Shown: positions 49,820 to 63,094, numbered from the stretch's first letter. The stretch: 64,000 bases of DNA from Mobula hypostoma (GCF_963921235.1 NC_086097.1:117244001-117308000); one strand, 5' to 3'. The notes: generated by a model from the sequence alone, not told the origin. A program made the numbers and translations.

Positions 49820-51690
49820 TCCATTGTATCCCGGATAATGGACTACCTGACTGGCGGACCGCAGTTTGTGCAGCTGCAGAGCTGTTTGTCAGACATGGCT
49901 ATAAGCAGCACTGGGGCCCCACAGAGAACTGTATTGGCCCCCTTCCTGTTTAGACCATAAGACATAGGAGCAGATTTAGCCCATCTGGCCCATCGATTTT
50001 GCAGTCCTCTGGCACCAGGCCTGACACCTCTTTCAGAACCCTGGGGTGCAGTTCATCTGGTCCAGGTGAATTATGTATCTTTAGGTCTTTCAGCTTTTTG
50101 AGCACCTGCTCCTTTGTAATAGTAACTGCACCCACTTCTCTTCCTTCACACACTACAACATCAGGCATACCGCTAGTGTGAAGACTAACGTAAAATACTT
50201 ATTTAGTTCAGCAGCCATCTCCTTGTCCCCCATTAATTTTCTCCAGCTTCATTTTCTTATGGTCCTACATCCACTCTCATTTCTCTTTTATTTTTAACAT
50301 AATGAAAAAAAATTTACTATCCACTTTGATATTATTTGCTAGCTTGAGTTCATATTTCATCTTTTCCCTTCTAATGATTTTTTTTTAGTTGCTCTCTGTA
50401 GGTTTTTAAAAACTTCCCAATCCTCTATCTTCCTACTAATTTTTGCTTTGTTGTATGCCCTTTCTTTTGCTTTTACAATACCTTTGACTTCCTTTGTCAG
50501 CCATGGTTGTACTATTTAACCATTTAAGTATTTCTTCATTTTTGGAATACACATGTCCTGCACCTTCCTCATTTTTCCAGAAACTCACACCATTGCTGCT
50601 CTGCTGACATCCCTGCCAGCAGCTCCTTCCAGTTTACTTTGGCCAACTCCTCTCTCATACCACTGTAATTTCCTTTACTCCACTGAAATACTGCCACATC
50701 AGACTTTATTTTCTCCCTATCAGATTTCAAGCTGAACTCAATCATATTGTGATCACTGGTTCCTAAGGGTTATTTTACCTCAATCTCCCTAATCACCTCT
50801 GGTTCATTTATCCTGTACACCTTGGACTTTAGATACAACACTGAGTCATGTCATCTGCAGAAATTCTCTGATGACTCAGCACTAGTTGGGTGTATAAAGG
50901 GAGGGTGAAAGGATGAATACAGGGCCCTAGTGGAGGACTTTGTCAAATGGTGCAAGCTGAATCAGCTGCAGCTCAACATCAGTAAGACAAAAGAGATAGT
51001 GATGGAGTTTAGGAAGACTATGCCTGCGCTGCTCCCTGTTATTATTGATGGTGAGGATGGAGATGTGGTGAGGACCTACAAGTACCTGAGGGTGCACCTG
51101 GATGACAGACTTGAGTGGAGCACCAACACAGAGGCTGTGCACAAGAAGTGCCAACCACCTCTACTTCCTGAGGAGACTGACGTCCTTTGGAGTATGTAGG
51201 CCTCTCCTTTTTACCAATCAGTTGTTGCTAGTACAGTCTTCTTTGTGCTGGTGTACTGGGGCAATGGCATCAACATGAGTGATGCCAACAGGCTCACTAA
51301 ACTGATTAGAAAGGTTAGCTCTGTTCTAGGAGTCAAAATGGGCACACTGGAGGCTGTGGCAGAACAAAGGACTCTGGTGAAAATCCTGGCAATTCTGGAC
51401 AATGTTTCTCACCCTCTGCACACCAACTTGGCTGAACAGAGGAGCACTTTTAGTAATAGACTAAGACAACTGCTCTGCTCCAAAGAGCGCTATATGAGGT
51501 GTTTTTTCACCTTTGGCCATTGGGCTCTATAATGAGTCAACCTATAGCCGGGGGAGTGATGACCGCCTCCTGTCAGACTGCTTGAGGTAACTCATTTTTT
51601 ATTCTTTCTGCTTCTCTTCTAATATGTGTATACAGAATCTATGCACTTGTAATGCTAGTGTGACACTGTAATTTCCTTTGGGATCAATAA
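49820..51690 (+). mobile_element. Rex1-type LINE 3' half, interrupted by CR1
   Basis: DYLTGGPQFV..GAPQRTVLAPFLF|ILYT..QKFSDDSA; LQLNISKTKEIVMEFR; YKYL; tail gggatcaataaagtatc. Confidence 0.9.
49953..50806 (-). mobile_element. CR1 fragment with the RT domain deleted
   Basis: SPGPDELHPRVLKEV..PEDCKI joined directly to 3' UTR gatgggcc..tcttatggtct; TTTA duplicated at 49949-49952 and 50807-50810. Confidence 0.8.
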
Positions 51691-51809
51691 AGTATCAATC
51701 GATCTTTCTATTTGCACCTTTGGAACCCACAAAATGAAGTCACCTTCAATCCTGAGAAATCACTGAAAGGGAAAAAGAGGAGAAGGAGGAGGGAGAAGAA
51801 GAAAAAGAA

Positions 51810-52712
51810 ATGGAAGGGTGGGTTAGTAAGTTTGCAGATGATACGAAAATTGGTAGAGTGGTGTAGAGGGTTGTAGTAGGAATTGTGGTAGTTACAGAGC
51901 ATGTCTTTTGAGGGTAGGTTGAGTGAGCTAGAGCTTTTATACTTGGAGCGAAGAAACAGGAGAGGTGACTTAATAGAGGTGTGCAAGATGTCAGAACTAC
52001 AGTGCTGTGCAAAAGTCTTAGGCACATACATGTAGCTAGGATGCCTGAGACTTTTTCGCACAGTACTGTAGTAATTTAATGTTTTGCACTGTACTGTTGC
52101 AGCCAAAAAAATAACAAACTTCATGACATAGGTAAGTGATGATAGAGCTGATTCTGATGTAGGTCTCTATTGTGGACTTGGAGTAGGAAGGGGGTGGGGA
52201 AAGGGGAATCATGGTTGGAAAAAGGGGAAGAGAGAGGAACGAAAGTAGGAAACACCAGAGAGACATTTTGTTTGGAATCAGATGACCTTGCCTGGTGTCT
52301 CAGGGCTGAGTGTGTCTGTGGCAGTGCCACACCCCGCCCTGGCACTCCTTCTCTGCCACCCTCCTGTGGTGTTTCACCGTTACCATTCTCGTCACCTTTG
52401 CTCCCACCAGAATTACAAACACCCTCTCTGCTCCACGTAGACAGGTACATTGCTGTGCAAGTCTCAGGCATCCTAACTATATATACTGCATGTGCCTACA
52501 ATGTTTGTACAGTACCGTAAGATTTTACACAGAGTTGTGAGTGTGTGGAGTATGCTACCATGGGCAATAAAGGTAGATGCGTGAGAGGCATTTAAAAATC
52601 TCTTAGATAGGCACATGGATGATAGTAAAATGAAGGACTATGTAGAGGGGAACTGTTAGATTGGTTTTAGAGCAGGTTAAAGGGTCTGTACTGAGCTGTA
52701 TGTTCTACGTTC
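51810..52712 (+). mobile_element. heavily deleted CR1 hosting the composite MITE
   Basis: gttagtaagtttgcagatgatacgaaaattgg; agaggtgacttaatagagg; ttttacacagag; tail atgttctacgttct. Confidence 0.7.
52000..52517. mobile_element. composite Tc1-type MITE (family C): two inverted ~70-bp hairpins flanking a spacer
   Basis: 52000-52068 TA|CAGTGCTGTGCAAAAGTCTTAGGCA..TGCCTGAGACTTTTTCGCACAGTACTG|TA; inverted degenerate copy 52448-52517; outer TA in the CR1 host. Confidence 0.8.
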
Positions 52713-53254
52713 TGCACAGTGGCTGCTTTATTAGTTATGCCTGCTCATTAATACAAATATCGAATCAGCCAGTCACGCAGCAGCAACTCAACGTGTGCAG
52801 ACAGGATCAAGAGGTTCAGTTGTTGTTCAAACCAAACATTGAATGGGCAAGATAGGAGACTTTGACTGTGGAATGATTGTTGGTGTCAGGAGGGGTGGTT
52901 TGAGTATCTCAGAAACTGCTGATCCCCTGGGATTTTCACACACAACAGCCTCTAGCGTTTACAGAGAATAACGCAAAATACAAAGAGCATCCGGAGAGTG
53001 ACTGCCCCATGGATAAAAGCAACTTGTTAATGAGAGAGATTGGAGGTGAATGGCCAGACTGGCTAAAGCTGACAGGGAGGAGACAGTAATTCCCATAGCC
53101 ACACATCACAACAGTGGTGTGCAAATGAGCAAGTTGGACACATGACATGCTGCACCTTGAAGAGGAGGGGCTGCATCAGCAGAAGATCATGAGCACCCAC
53201 TCTGTGGCCACTTTATTAGATACAGGAGATACCTAATTAAGTGGCCACTAAGTG
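52712..53254 (+). mobile_element. Tc1-derived non-autonomous element (family A), terminal hairpin 53198-53254
   Basis: gactttgactgtggaatgattgttggtg..gagtatctcagaaactgctgat; two opposed TIR copies at the 3' end. Confidence 0.85.
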
Positions 53255-53884
53255 TGTGTGCTATGTTCGGTATAAGAACAAGAAAGTATCACTGAGTTAA
53301 CTTCTACAACAATTCTCTAAAATCTGTAATTATCGGTATATTTGAAGCAAATTTATTTATCATAATCCATAGACATGAATTATAAGGTGATTTAATGAAT
53401 TTAGTTGCAGATGTTGGATTTTCATTCCCTGATATGTGCAGTCCTGGTAGCTTAATTTTCAGGCCAGGAGAATAAATCATGCAAATTATTCTAAAATGTA
53501 AGTTGTATGTTTCAGTTCCAGAGAATGTGATTACTTTCTGAACCATCCAGAATTTAAGTACCCGGTTATTGCATCGTTTCTACAATAATTCTTACCATCT
53601 GCAGGACATTTAGAGAATTATCCTGTTTCCTTTCGATATCCTGCAAAAAAAATTACACACGCTACAAACAAATTACTCAGGTTGTCACGATTTATGTCAG
53701 GTAATTAGAAATCTAATTGGCTCAGAAGTGTTAAAAAGAGCATTAATGATGCTTTATTGTGAGTTGTTGATTTTTCTCTAAGGTTTACTGATAAAATTTC
53801 ATTTACTGAAATTATCCACATCAAAATCACACTTGAGGGTCATTCAGATCTACATTCTCCACAGTATACGGCTCTCTGAGATCT

Positions 53885-54415
53885 ATTCCATAAGGCAGAG
53901 GAGCAGAATTAGGCCATTCAGCCCATCAAATCTACTGTGCCTCTCCATCATGTCTGATTTATTACTCCTCTCAACCCTATGCTCCTGTTTTCTCCCTGAA
54001 GCCTTTGACACTCTTTCTAACCAAGAACCTCCAATTTATGACTAGGCCTCATAGTCATTTATGGCAATGAATTCCACAGATTCACCACCCGCCAGTTAAA
54101 GAAATTCCTCCTCATTTCTGTTCTAAGGGGACATCCTTCTATCCTGGAGCTGTACCCTCAGGTACCAGACATCCTGATCTTATCCACTGCATTGAGGCCT
54201 CTCAATAGTCAATGGGATTCCTCCCTCATTCTTCTAAATTCCAGTGAGCGCCGGTGCAGAGCCATCAAAAGCTCCTCTCACTCTAATGTTAACCCTTTCA
54301 TTCCTGGTATCATTCCCACGAACCATTTCTGGATCCTCTCCAACACCAGCACATTCTTTCTCAGATGAGTTACCCCAAAACTGCTCACAATACTCCAAGC
54401 GCCACCTGACGTTCC
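53885..54415 (-). mobile_element. CR1 3' end
   Basis: LRKNVLVLERIQKWFVGMIPGMKGL; ggtggtgaatctgtggaattcattgcc. Confidence 0.85.
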
Positions 54416-54682
54416 ACAGATCCTTTGTTCCTGATCAAGAACAACAAGCACAAGAATCAATGCCGGTCAGTGCATTATAATAAAGCAGAAAGAAACCTCG
54501 AACAAAAAGGTGAAGACATTTCTAACAGCCGAGAAACAAATTGACGCTGTCCGACCAGTTCATTCCCTGCAAAAAAAAATTGAATCTAATGTAATATTAT
54601 GGTAAGTGCCATTTCCTCATAGAGCTAGCTGTGATTCCCTTCAGCCTGCACATTTTAAATGTTTCCTTCATGACTACAATTA

Positions 54683-55518
54683 CACTCAGTGGCCACTTCA
54701 TCGGGTGCAGGAAGTACCTAATAAAGTGGCCACGGAACGTTCGTGGTCTTCTGCGTCTGTTGCCCATCCACCTCAAAGTTTGATGTGTTTTGTGTTCAGA
54801 GATGCTCTTCTGCTCATCACTGTTGTAACACATTGCTTTTTGAGTTACTGTCACCTTCTTGTCAGGTTGAACCAGTCTGGTTATTCTACTCTGGGCTCTC
54901 TCATTAAGAAGGTGTTTTCACCCACAGAGCTGCTGCTCATTGGATATTTTGTGTTTTTCACATCATTCCTGTAAACTCTAGAGACTGTTGAGTGTGAACA
55001 TCCCAGGATATCAGCAATTTCTGGGTTACTCAAACCACTCCGTCTGGCACCATCAATCATTCCAGTCAAAGTCACTGAAATCACTTTTCTTCCCCATTGG
55101 TCTGAATAACAACTGAACCTCTTGACCATGTCTGCGTGCTTTTATGCATTGAGTAGCTGCCACATGATTGATTGATTAGATAAACACACACAAAATGGGG
55201 GAGGAATTCAACAGTCAGGCAGCATAGATGGAAATGAATAAACAGTCAACATTTCGGTTTTCAGGTCAAGACCCATCATATGGAAATGATTGAACAGTCA
55301 ACATTTTGAGCCGAGACCCTTTATTAATCCCGATGAAGGGTCGTGGCCGGAAAAGTTGTATTTTTATTTGTTTCCATGGCTGCTGAATGTTGAGCTGCTG
55401 AGTTCCTGAGCATTCTGTGTGATTGCTCTGGATTTCCAGCATCTGCAGAATCTCTTGTGTTTCTAGCTGATTAGATATTTGCATTAACCAGTGTACCTGA
55501 TAAGGTGGCCGCTGAATG
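54683..55518 (-). mobile_element. Tc1-derived non-autonomous element (family A), TA-flanked, with nested Penelope hairpin
   Basis: TA|CACTCAGTGGCCACTT..hairpin..; GMIDGARRSGLSNPEIADILGCSHSTVSRVY; ..AAGGTGGCCGCTGAATG|TA. Confidence 0.88.
55183..55465. mobile_element. older Penelope-derived fold-back mini-element
   Basis: gagccgagaccctt / gatgaagggtcgtggccggaaa; tail ctggatttccagcatctgcagaat; TGATTAGATA repeated at 55173-55182 and 55468-55477. Confidence 0.7.
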
Positions 55519-56799
55519 TAGGTGGGCTCCAAACAATTCATACTCTGCAACAAAGCATTTCAATTCTGATGTAATATTACTATAAATCCTATTTCCTCTT
55601 GTATTTGGGTGTGATTCCCTTCAGCCTACAAATGTTACATGTTTTCTCAATGCCTACACTTACATTCATTTCATGGGAACACCAATCCTGTTGTTTGCAC
55701 ACACAGCAAGTTAGACCCCAGATATATTCCACCCAAGGCTGTGCAGATCCAATTTCACTACCTTTTTTTAGGCTTCTACCCATAAATTCTTATTATGTTT
55801 GTCGGTCATTAACAAAGGTTGTCAGGATTAGAGAAGCAGGTGAATAGGTATCATTGGAGCAGGTTTCTGTATGGTTGCAAAAATGTACATTAAATTGCTG
55901 TAAACTCACCAGTTGTGAAGGAGACAGGAGGGTTTGCATCAGCAGTTTCCATTGTAAGTCTGGGCATAAGAATTCATAACTGAAAGGCTGGCAAAAAATC
56001 TACATGGATCTTAGATAGCTACAATAAAAAGAAGCAATTTGCATTATTGCCAGCTAAGAATTGTGTTATTAGTAACTACCTCCCTGTGTGCAAATGTCCC
56101 TCAGTCTACTGTCTGCTATGTGACATGAATGATACTGCATCTCCCAGATGACCATCAAAGATAATAGTGAGATAGCAATTCCACTATACAATAGGCTAGT
56201 ACCTTCTTAGCACGGTTAGAAGCCTATATACCTATAACATTCTACTGTCACAAGTTTTCTGTTTGCATGCAGAGTTCTTGTCTAACAATACAGTCAGGTC
56301 TTCAGCACTATAAAGTACATGGAACATAGCATTTTTAAAGTTCACTGTTGCCAATCTAAACATTTTTTTTTTAAGATGATCTCTGATTGTCAACCGGAAA
56401 TTGAATGGGAAAACTCTAATTTTCTTTTGGACTCAAGGTATTAGCCTCAAGTTGTTATCTATGAATTTTCTTATGTAATCTGGAGTCTTGGAGTACATTG
56501 TCAACTTGACTGTACATCTTGCTGAGAAAGTTTCTGATGCGGCAAGAAGACACATTGAGTGCATTTATAAATAACACTGGATCTTCTGCACTGATTTTGA
56601 TTCCCTGAGACAGTAGGAGAGGAAATTTCCTTGGCAGATTTTTTTTTCTACTTATTGGGTGGTTTCCTCTTTTGCCTGCTTCTGAGTAAATACATAGCTG
56701 TGAAGGCAAGTAGGCAGGAGAGAGGGGAGAAATATTTATTCCCGATGTTTTGGTCATCATGGCTTGGATAAGCTTCATCCACCAGAATTTCTCCCCACC

Positions 56800-56980
56800 A
56801 TTTTTTAAATGTATTCATTTATGGGAAATGGGCATCACCAGCTAAGCCAGCCTTTATTGCCCTTGAGAAGGTGGTGATGAGCTGCCTTCTTGAACCGCTG
56901 CAGTCCCTGAGGTGCAGATACACCCACAGTGCTGTTGAGGAGGGAATCCTATGATTTTGACCCAGTGACAATGAAAGAAC
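56800..56980 (-). mobile_element. LINE/SINE 3' end, unclassified CR1/L2 group
   Basis: minus strand gggcaataaaggctggcttagctggtgatgcccatttcccataaatgaat + polyA. Confidence 0.55.
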
Positions 56981-56999
56981 ATATATTATATGTCACTAT

Positions 57000-57383
57000 T
57001 GGGTGGTGGGATGGAGATGCATCTCTACCAAAGGAGATGTAAGGTAGTCCTTCCCTCCATTAGCTTGCAGGTCACCCTTGGGCAAGTTGCAGCACGTGTT
57101 TAGCATTCCCCCCCTCCCCCCCCCGGCCAATCAGGGTCACATGAAGCCATGGGAGCAGGTGGTGGATGGTCGTATGAGCAGCTGGTGCATATCACAAATC
57201 TTGGTTATGCGACCACTGATGCCTGGCAGACGATCTCTGAAGAGCATTGATAATGGCTGGGGTCACCCGTCTTGTAAAGGGGAAGGCAATGGCAAACGAC
57301 TTCTGCAGAAAAATTTGTCAAGACCAATCCTGGTCATGAGACCATGATCACCTTCTTCATAAACAAGAAACATAATGATGATG
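57000..57383 (+). mobile_element. non-autonomous element with RTE/BovB-type tail
   Basis: gaaggcaatggcaaacgacttctg resembles the BovB-type gaaggcaatggcaaaccact tail motif; ends (atg)n. Confidence 0.55.
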
Positions 57384-58044
57384 TATCACTATATACTACC
57401 CTGAGATTCATTCTCTTACAGTAGAATGAAGAAATACAATAAAATCAATGAAAAACTACACGTGATCTAGGACTGACAGGCAACCAATGTGCTAAAGAAG
57501 ACAAACTGTGCAAATATAAAAAGGAATAATGATCACAATTAATTAATTGATTAAGTAAGTAAATAAGTAATACTGAGAACATGACCTGTAGAGTACCTGA
57601 AAGTGAGTCCAGAGGTTGTGCTCAGTGATCAGTTCAAAGTTGAGGTGAGTGAAGTTATCATCACTGGTTTAGGAGCCTGCTGGTTGAAGGAGAATAACTG
57701 TTCCTTAACCTGGCGATGTGGGAGCTAAAGCTCCTCTACATCCTTCCCGATGGCAGTAGTGAGGAAAGAGCATGGCCCGGATAGTGCAGGATGTTGATGA
57801 TGGCTGTTGCTTTCTTGTGGCAGCACTCCATGTAGATGTGCTCTACGGTACCCTTGGCTGTTCCAAAGTTGGACTGCTCTGTAGTCCTTACTTTTTGCAG
57901 GCTTTTCCATTCTTTCTCATTGGTGTTTCCATATCACGCCATGATGCAACGAGTCAACATACTCTCCACTGTGCATCTATAGAAGGTTGTCCAAGTTTTA
58001 TATGACATGCTGAATCTGCACAAACTTGAAAAAGGATCTAGCAC

Positions 58045-58428
58045 TTTTCTGGAATATGTGATGAATAAACTCTTCTCAGGCTTCCAGCCGGGTACAGATA
58101 TTGATTTTAACTAACGTTTCAATGACAAACTCTGCCATCTTCATCAGGGGTGATGCCTGGGCAGGTCCAGTCTGGTGGTATTTAAACACCCATTGTCCAT
58201 CCCTCCTAATTAGTTAGTCCTCATCCAATCAGGTTTCAACTTTCCCACCTTATTTACAATTAAATTCCAGTTCTTACTTAGAGCGAGACCTACATCTTTG
58301 TTAAAATTCTTTCCCTCTAGTTTTACTTCAATGGCTTCCTTCACCAGTCGATTTCAAAAGCTATTGGTATGGCACAGTAGTTTTGTACCATCAAAATCAA
58401 TTCTATATTCAATGTGACTGCAATGTTT
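58045..58428 (-). mobile_element. second Penelope-type family: endonuclease C-terminus and pLTR
   Basis: RIDFDGTKLL..RLVKEAIEVKLEGKNFNKDVGLALSKNW matches the Penelope/Poseidon-type EAIEI..NFN.D.G..LS..W tail. Confidence 0.8.
58109..58151 (-). ncRNA. hammerhead motif of the second PLE family
   Basis: CTGATGA-a-gatggca gagtt tgtcatt-GAAAC-GTT; stem I weak. Confidence 0.5.
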
Positions 58429-59019
58429 GTCATGTCTTCTTCGTCAAGGCACTGATGGGCTGGTCCCAGATCAGATCCTCTCAACTGGCGCTGCAAAGGA
58501 ATTTAAAGTAACTTACCTTCTCCACCTCCAATCCTCTAATGAGGACTGACTCGTTATCTTGGGAAAAGGGGTGGTCAGCTTAGCTAAGCCATTGCAAATT
58601 GGCATTTAAGTTGGCAGTTAAGAAGCATCTTTCATGATTTGTGAATGGAGTTGTACTTAGATAAACCAAAGTGATAAAGGTCACTTAGCTCTCCCAAGTG
58701 ATCAATTGGGATTGAATTTGATAGATTACATTTTCTCCCCAGATGAGCTAAGATGTACACAGAGAAACCAATACCCCTGAGAGAATTTCAGGATCACAAA
58801 GCACATCCTTGGTAGTTCCTGGTAAACTTTTGGCATTAGGAGAGACTGCTGTTAAGGAAAGGGATGCTCTGTGGCACATGTATTCATATGCCAAATTCGT
58901 ACAAAGATGTAAATGTTTCTGGTTGGTTCAATCAATGTACTTCTAAACATCTCCACATTGTCTTACCACCTTCCCTAGCCAACACCAAAGATAATCAAGG
59001 GCATCATATATTGAGGGTA

Positions 59020-59360
59020 CACACTCAGTGGCCAGTTTAATAGGTGCACCTGTACACCTGTTCATTAATTCAAATCTCTAATCAGCCAATCATGTGGCAA
59101 CAATTCAATAAATAAAAGCCAAGAGGCTCAGTTCTTGATCAGACCAAACATCAGAGTGGGGGGAGATATGAATTAAGTGACTTTGATTGTGGAACGTTTG
59201 TTGGTGCCAGATGCCAGATGGAGTGGTTTGAGTATCTCAGAAAGTGCTGATCTCCTGGGATTTTCATGCAGAACAGTCTCTTGGGTTTACAGAGCATGGC
59301 ATGAGAAACAGAAATCATCCAGTGGGTGGCAGCTCTGTGTGTGAAAACACCTTGTTAATG
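59020..59360 (+). mobile_element. Tc1-derived non-autonomous element (family A), truncated
   Basis: TIR CACTCAGTGGCCAGTTTAATAGGTGCAC; HTH remnant. Confidence 0.8.
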
Positions 59361-59585
59361 TCTTCAAATTCCAACCTAAGTACAGGGAATTTGAAGAGTA
59401 GGGGTGATCAGAATGGGTTGACAAATAAATATAGTTGTTACACACACACACCTCATCAGTACATAACACCCTTAAGTTTCTGTGTCAGTGATGTTATATC
59501 ATTGTTCAGATATGGCGTCTTCAGTAGTGTAGTGGCACATCCACAGAATCCATGCTTGGTTTAACTGTGTGTGTATAACCGTGTA

Positions 59586-60080
59586 TGGGATGTCTAGGGA
59601 GGGGTAGCACCTCTGGTGGGGGGACCTGCCATGCCCTTTTTCAGGGTAGCTCATCCACCTTTGGTTCCCACCTGGCGCTCAGCTCTCACTTGTGGCTCCA
59701 AGTAGCTGTAGCATGCACAGCGGCCACTCCCCAGTAAACTGTCTTGGCAGACAGGCCAAACCAGGAGAGGGTAGCCGACTGGTTTTCAACCCTCAGTGAG
59801 GTAGGGGATTTGCCTGTTCCAGCGTGTGAATTCTGGCCCTGGCAGATGGAGCGGAGGAGACTGATTAATGGTCCAACGGTCAAGAAGGCAGGCCAGCAGG
59901 CATCTGTGGAGCACTAGGAGCATGACAAGGCACTTAGATGTCCTGGTCATCCTTTGCAAGAGGTGGTGATCTCTTTAAACTCATCCAGCAGTAGGCAAAG
60001 GCAAACCACTGCTGTAACCTGCAGAGTACGCGATTTCCCAATATGTCAGAGCAGTGTGGAGGGAAATTGTCCACCAACTG
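59586..60080 (+). mobile_element. non-autonomous element with RTE-type ends
   Basis: leader gggaggggtagcacctctggtg; tail motif ggcaaaccactgc. Confidence 0.4.
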
Positions 60081-61454
60081 GAATTTCCAGATGCGACCTG
60101 AAGTGAAGTTTATTCGTACACTTGTTGCAATCGGTATTAAACACCTCTTTTCTACCACATTCCATTCATTACATTTGCCTACCCGCATTTTTAGCTTTGC
60201 TAATAAATCAGGATTTGGAGCAACAATGGTTGCTTGAATATTTTAACAGCTAGCACTATAGCCATTTTTACAGACAGCAATCTTTCATTCCAGAAGTCTA
60301 CTAAGTTTAAATTCTCACTGTGTAAGAGTGAAATTTGCTCTCTGTCTGGGACTACAAGTCTATTACAACAGTACCATACCATTTTAACTGGTATATATGG
60401 CCTTCCTCCTTCACAGCTAATTAAACGCTTTTGAACTATGGCTGATATTTTCTGTAGTCAACATGCATGGACACTGTCTATGCAGCGAGAACTTCCGTCC
60501 ACACCTTATGACTGAACATGCTTCTTCTGGGACCAAGCCACCTTACAGGTAAAACGTATCAAAAATAAACCTGCAAGCCTATTGACATGGAGACGAATTT
60601 TCCAAATCGTTTAATCAGTTCGCCATTTTCCGGATGACACCCTTCTCCGAAGCAGGTATATACCTCCAGACAGTGTTTGGAGAGTGAGACAGAGGGTTGC
60701 AGTCAGAAGTTTACCAGTTTACCACATGATGGCGCTGTTGTATGCAAGAACAGCGGAGTTGGCGAAACAAAAGGACCCGAGCAATTACAACCTTAGAGAA
60801 TTGAGCTCACTGCACTTGGAAACCCTTTGATGTTTCCAATGACATGACCCCCTTTACTTTAAAATTCAGCCTTGCGGTTATAAATGTCAGTAATTTACAG
60901 TTCCACAAAAAGGCAGGCGTTGAGCTTGACTGCAATTAAACAAAATATCTCACCATTACGTCTTTTTTTAATCCATTGATATGTGAGCAAGGAATCATAT
61001 ACACAGCGTATTTACACATATATGCAGTGGATTTTACTTTATGTCAGTTCTATGTCCATACACACATACGTGCCTTCAAATAAATCTATTTAAATACAGA
61101 ACGTAGATGTACGTGTGAGTATATGTGAATGGATAATGCATTTGTATATAATATACTGTTCCTGTGTGTGTGTGTGTGTGTTTGCAATTATTGATGTGAT
61201 TGCTTTCAATTGGACTTTAGGTCCCGGTTGATTTTGGCAGGGGCGTCGCAAATTTTGACTGATTATCTGAAAATCCGGTATGCTAAAGTGGGAGAAAGGT
61301 GCGACTCCAGCGAGATACCTGCCAGAACTGTGGGACAACACGGTTTCAAAACGCCTATGAGTGGTGAAGGGCGATCTTTAAAAAGCTGTCGTGTGCCGTC
61401 CGTTTGCGTTGATTCGGTGCCGGGTACCCGACCCGGTCAGCCAGTGTGAGAGCT

Positions 61455-61488
61455 TGTGTGTGTGTGTGTGTGTGTGTTTGTGTGTGTA

Positions 61489-61534
<46 letters not shown>

Positions 61535-61548
61535 TGTGTGTGTGTGTA

Positions 61549-61581
<33 letters not shown>

Positions 61582-61635
61582 CTGTGTGTGTGTGTATCTG
61601 TGTGTGTGCGTGTGTGTGTGTGCGTGTGTGTGTTT
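61455..61635. repeat. compound (TG)n microsatellite
   Basis: ~180 bp of TG with TATC/TC/CG interruptions; a shorter (TG)n lies at ~61163-61181. Confidence 0.98.
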
Positions 61636-62401
61636 GCGAATGAGCTTCTGACGGGGGAGGGAGAGGCGACTTGCTGTTTCCTCTCATGTCGACAGATCCC
61701 CAGCTTATTACCCTAACGCCACAGCTTGAGAGAGGGATAGTGTGATCACACTGCCATGCCACCTTGGATCTGCCAGGTAACACCATCTTCGACGTGGGCA
61801 TCTCACTGCACACGTAATGTTAAACCATATCAAATTAGCGGGCTTAGTGCAAGGGGACAGTGCTCAGAGAACATCAGTAAATATTTTATCTAACTTGGAG
61901 ATCTTCTCGCATTTAAAACGGTAAGAAAGTGGCTAATTTTAAATGCCTCTAGTCTGTTTGTTCTAAAACTCAACGCGAACTGGTGTTTTTCTGGAAAATA
62001 ACATACATTACACTGGCAACTTTTTTTTTCTCCCTCCTTGTACTAAAATGAGCGATTGTGTGCGGCAGCGACCGAGCCCGGGAGGCCGACTCGGGGAGAC
62101 TCGCACTATGGTTGTGCTCGGGGTCTATGTGATGTGATGAACAGAAAGTTGAACAGACCGCGGGGGAGATGGAGAGAGCCAAGTCAAATTCAATTGTAGA
62201 ATTCCTTCATCAGCAGCGTGCCCGGGCGGGGGGAGGGGACTGGGTTTGAAACTAATACAGGACGGAGAAGCGGAGAATAACGCCAGTGGATGACGGGCTG
62301 ACAATATTGTTCTGTTAGGATCTGAACTCTCTATAACATGCATTCAATCTACATTGGATTTTTTTTTGTTTGTATTGATTTTGTCTTGTTACAGGCGATG
62401 A

Positions 62402-63094
<693 letters not shown>

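Larger units (their letters stand above)
57384..58550 (-). mobile_element. Rex1-type LINE 3' end, interrupted by a Penelope fragment
   Basis: homologous to 25660-26110 and to the reverse of 47800-48260. Confidence 0.8.

Noticed and set aside
61355..61813. Cys/Val- or His/Thr-rich ORFs
   Set aside because: translations of the (TG)n microsatellite
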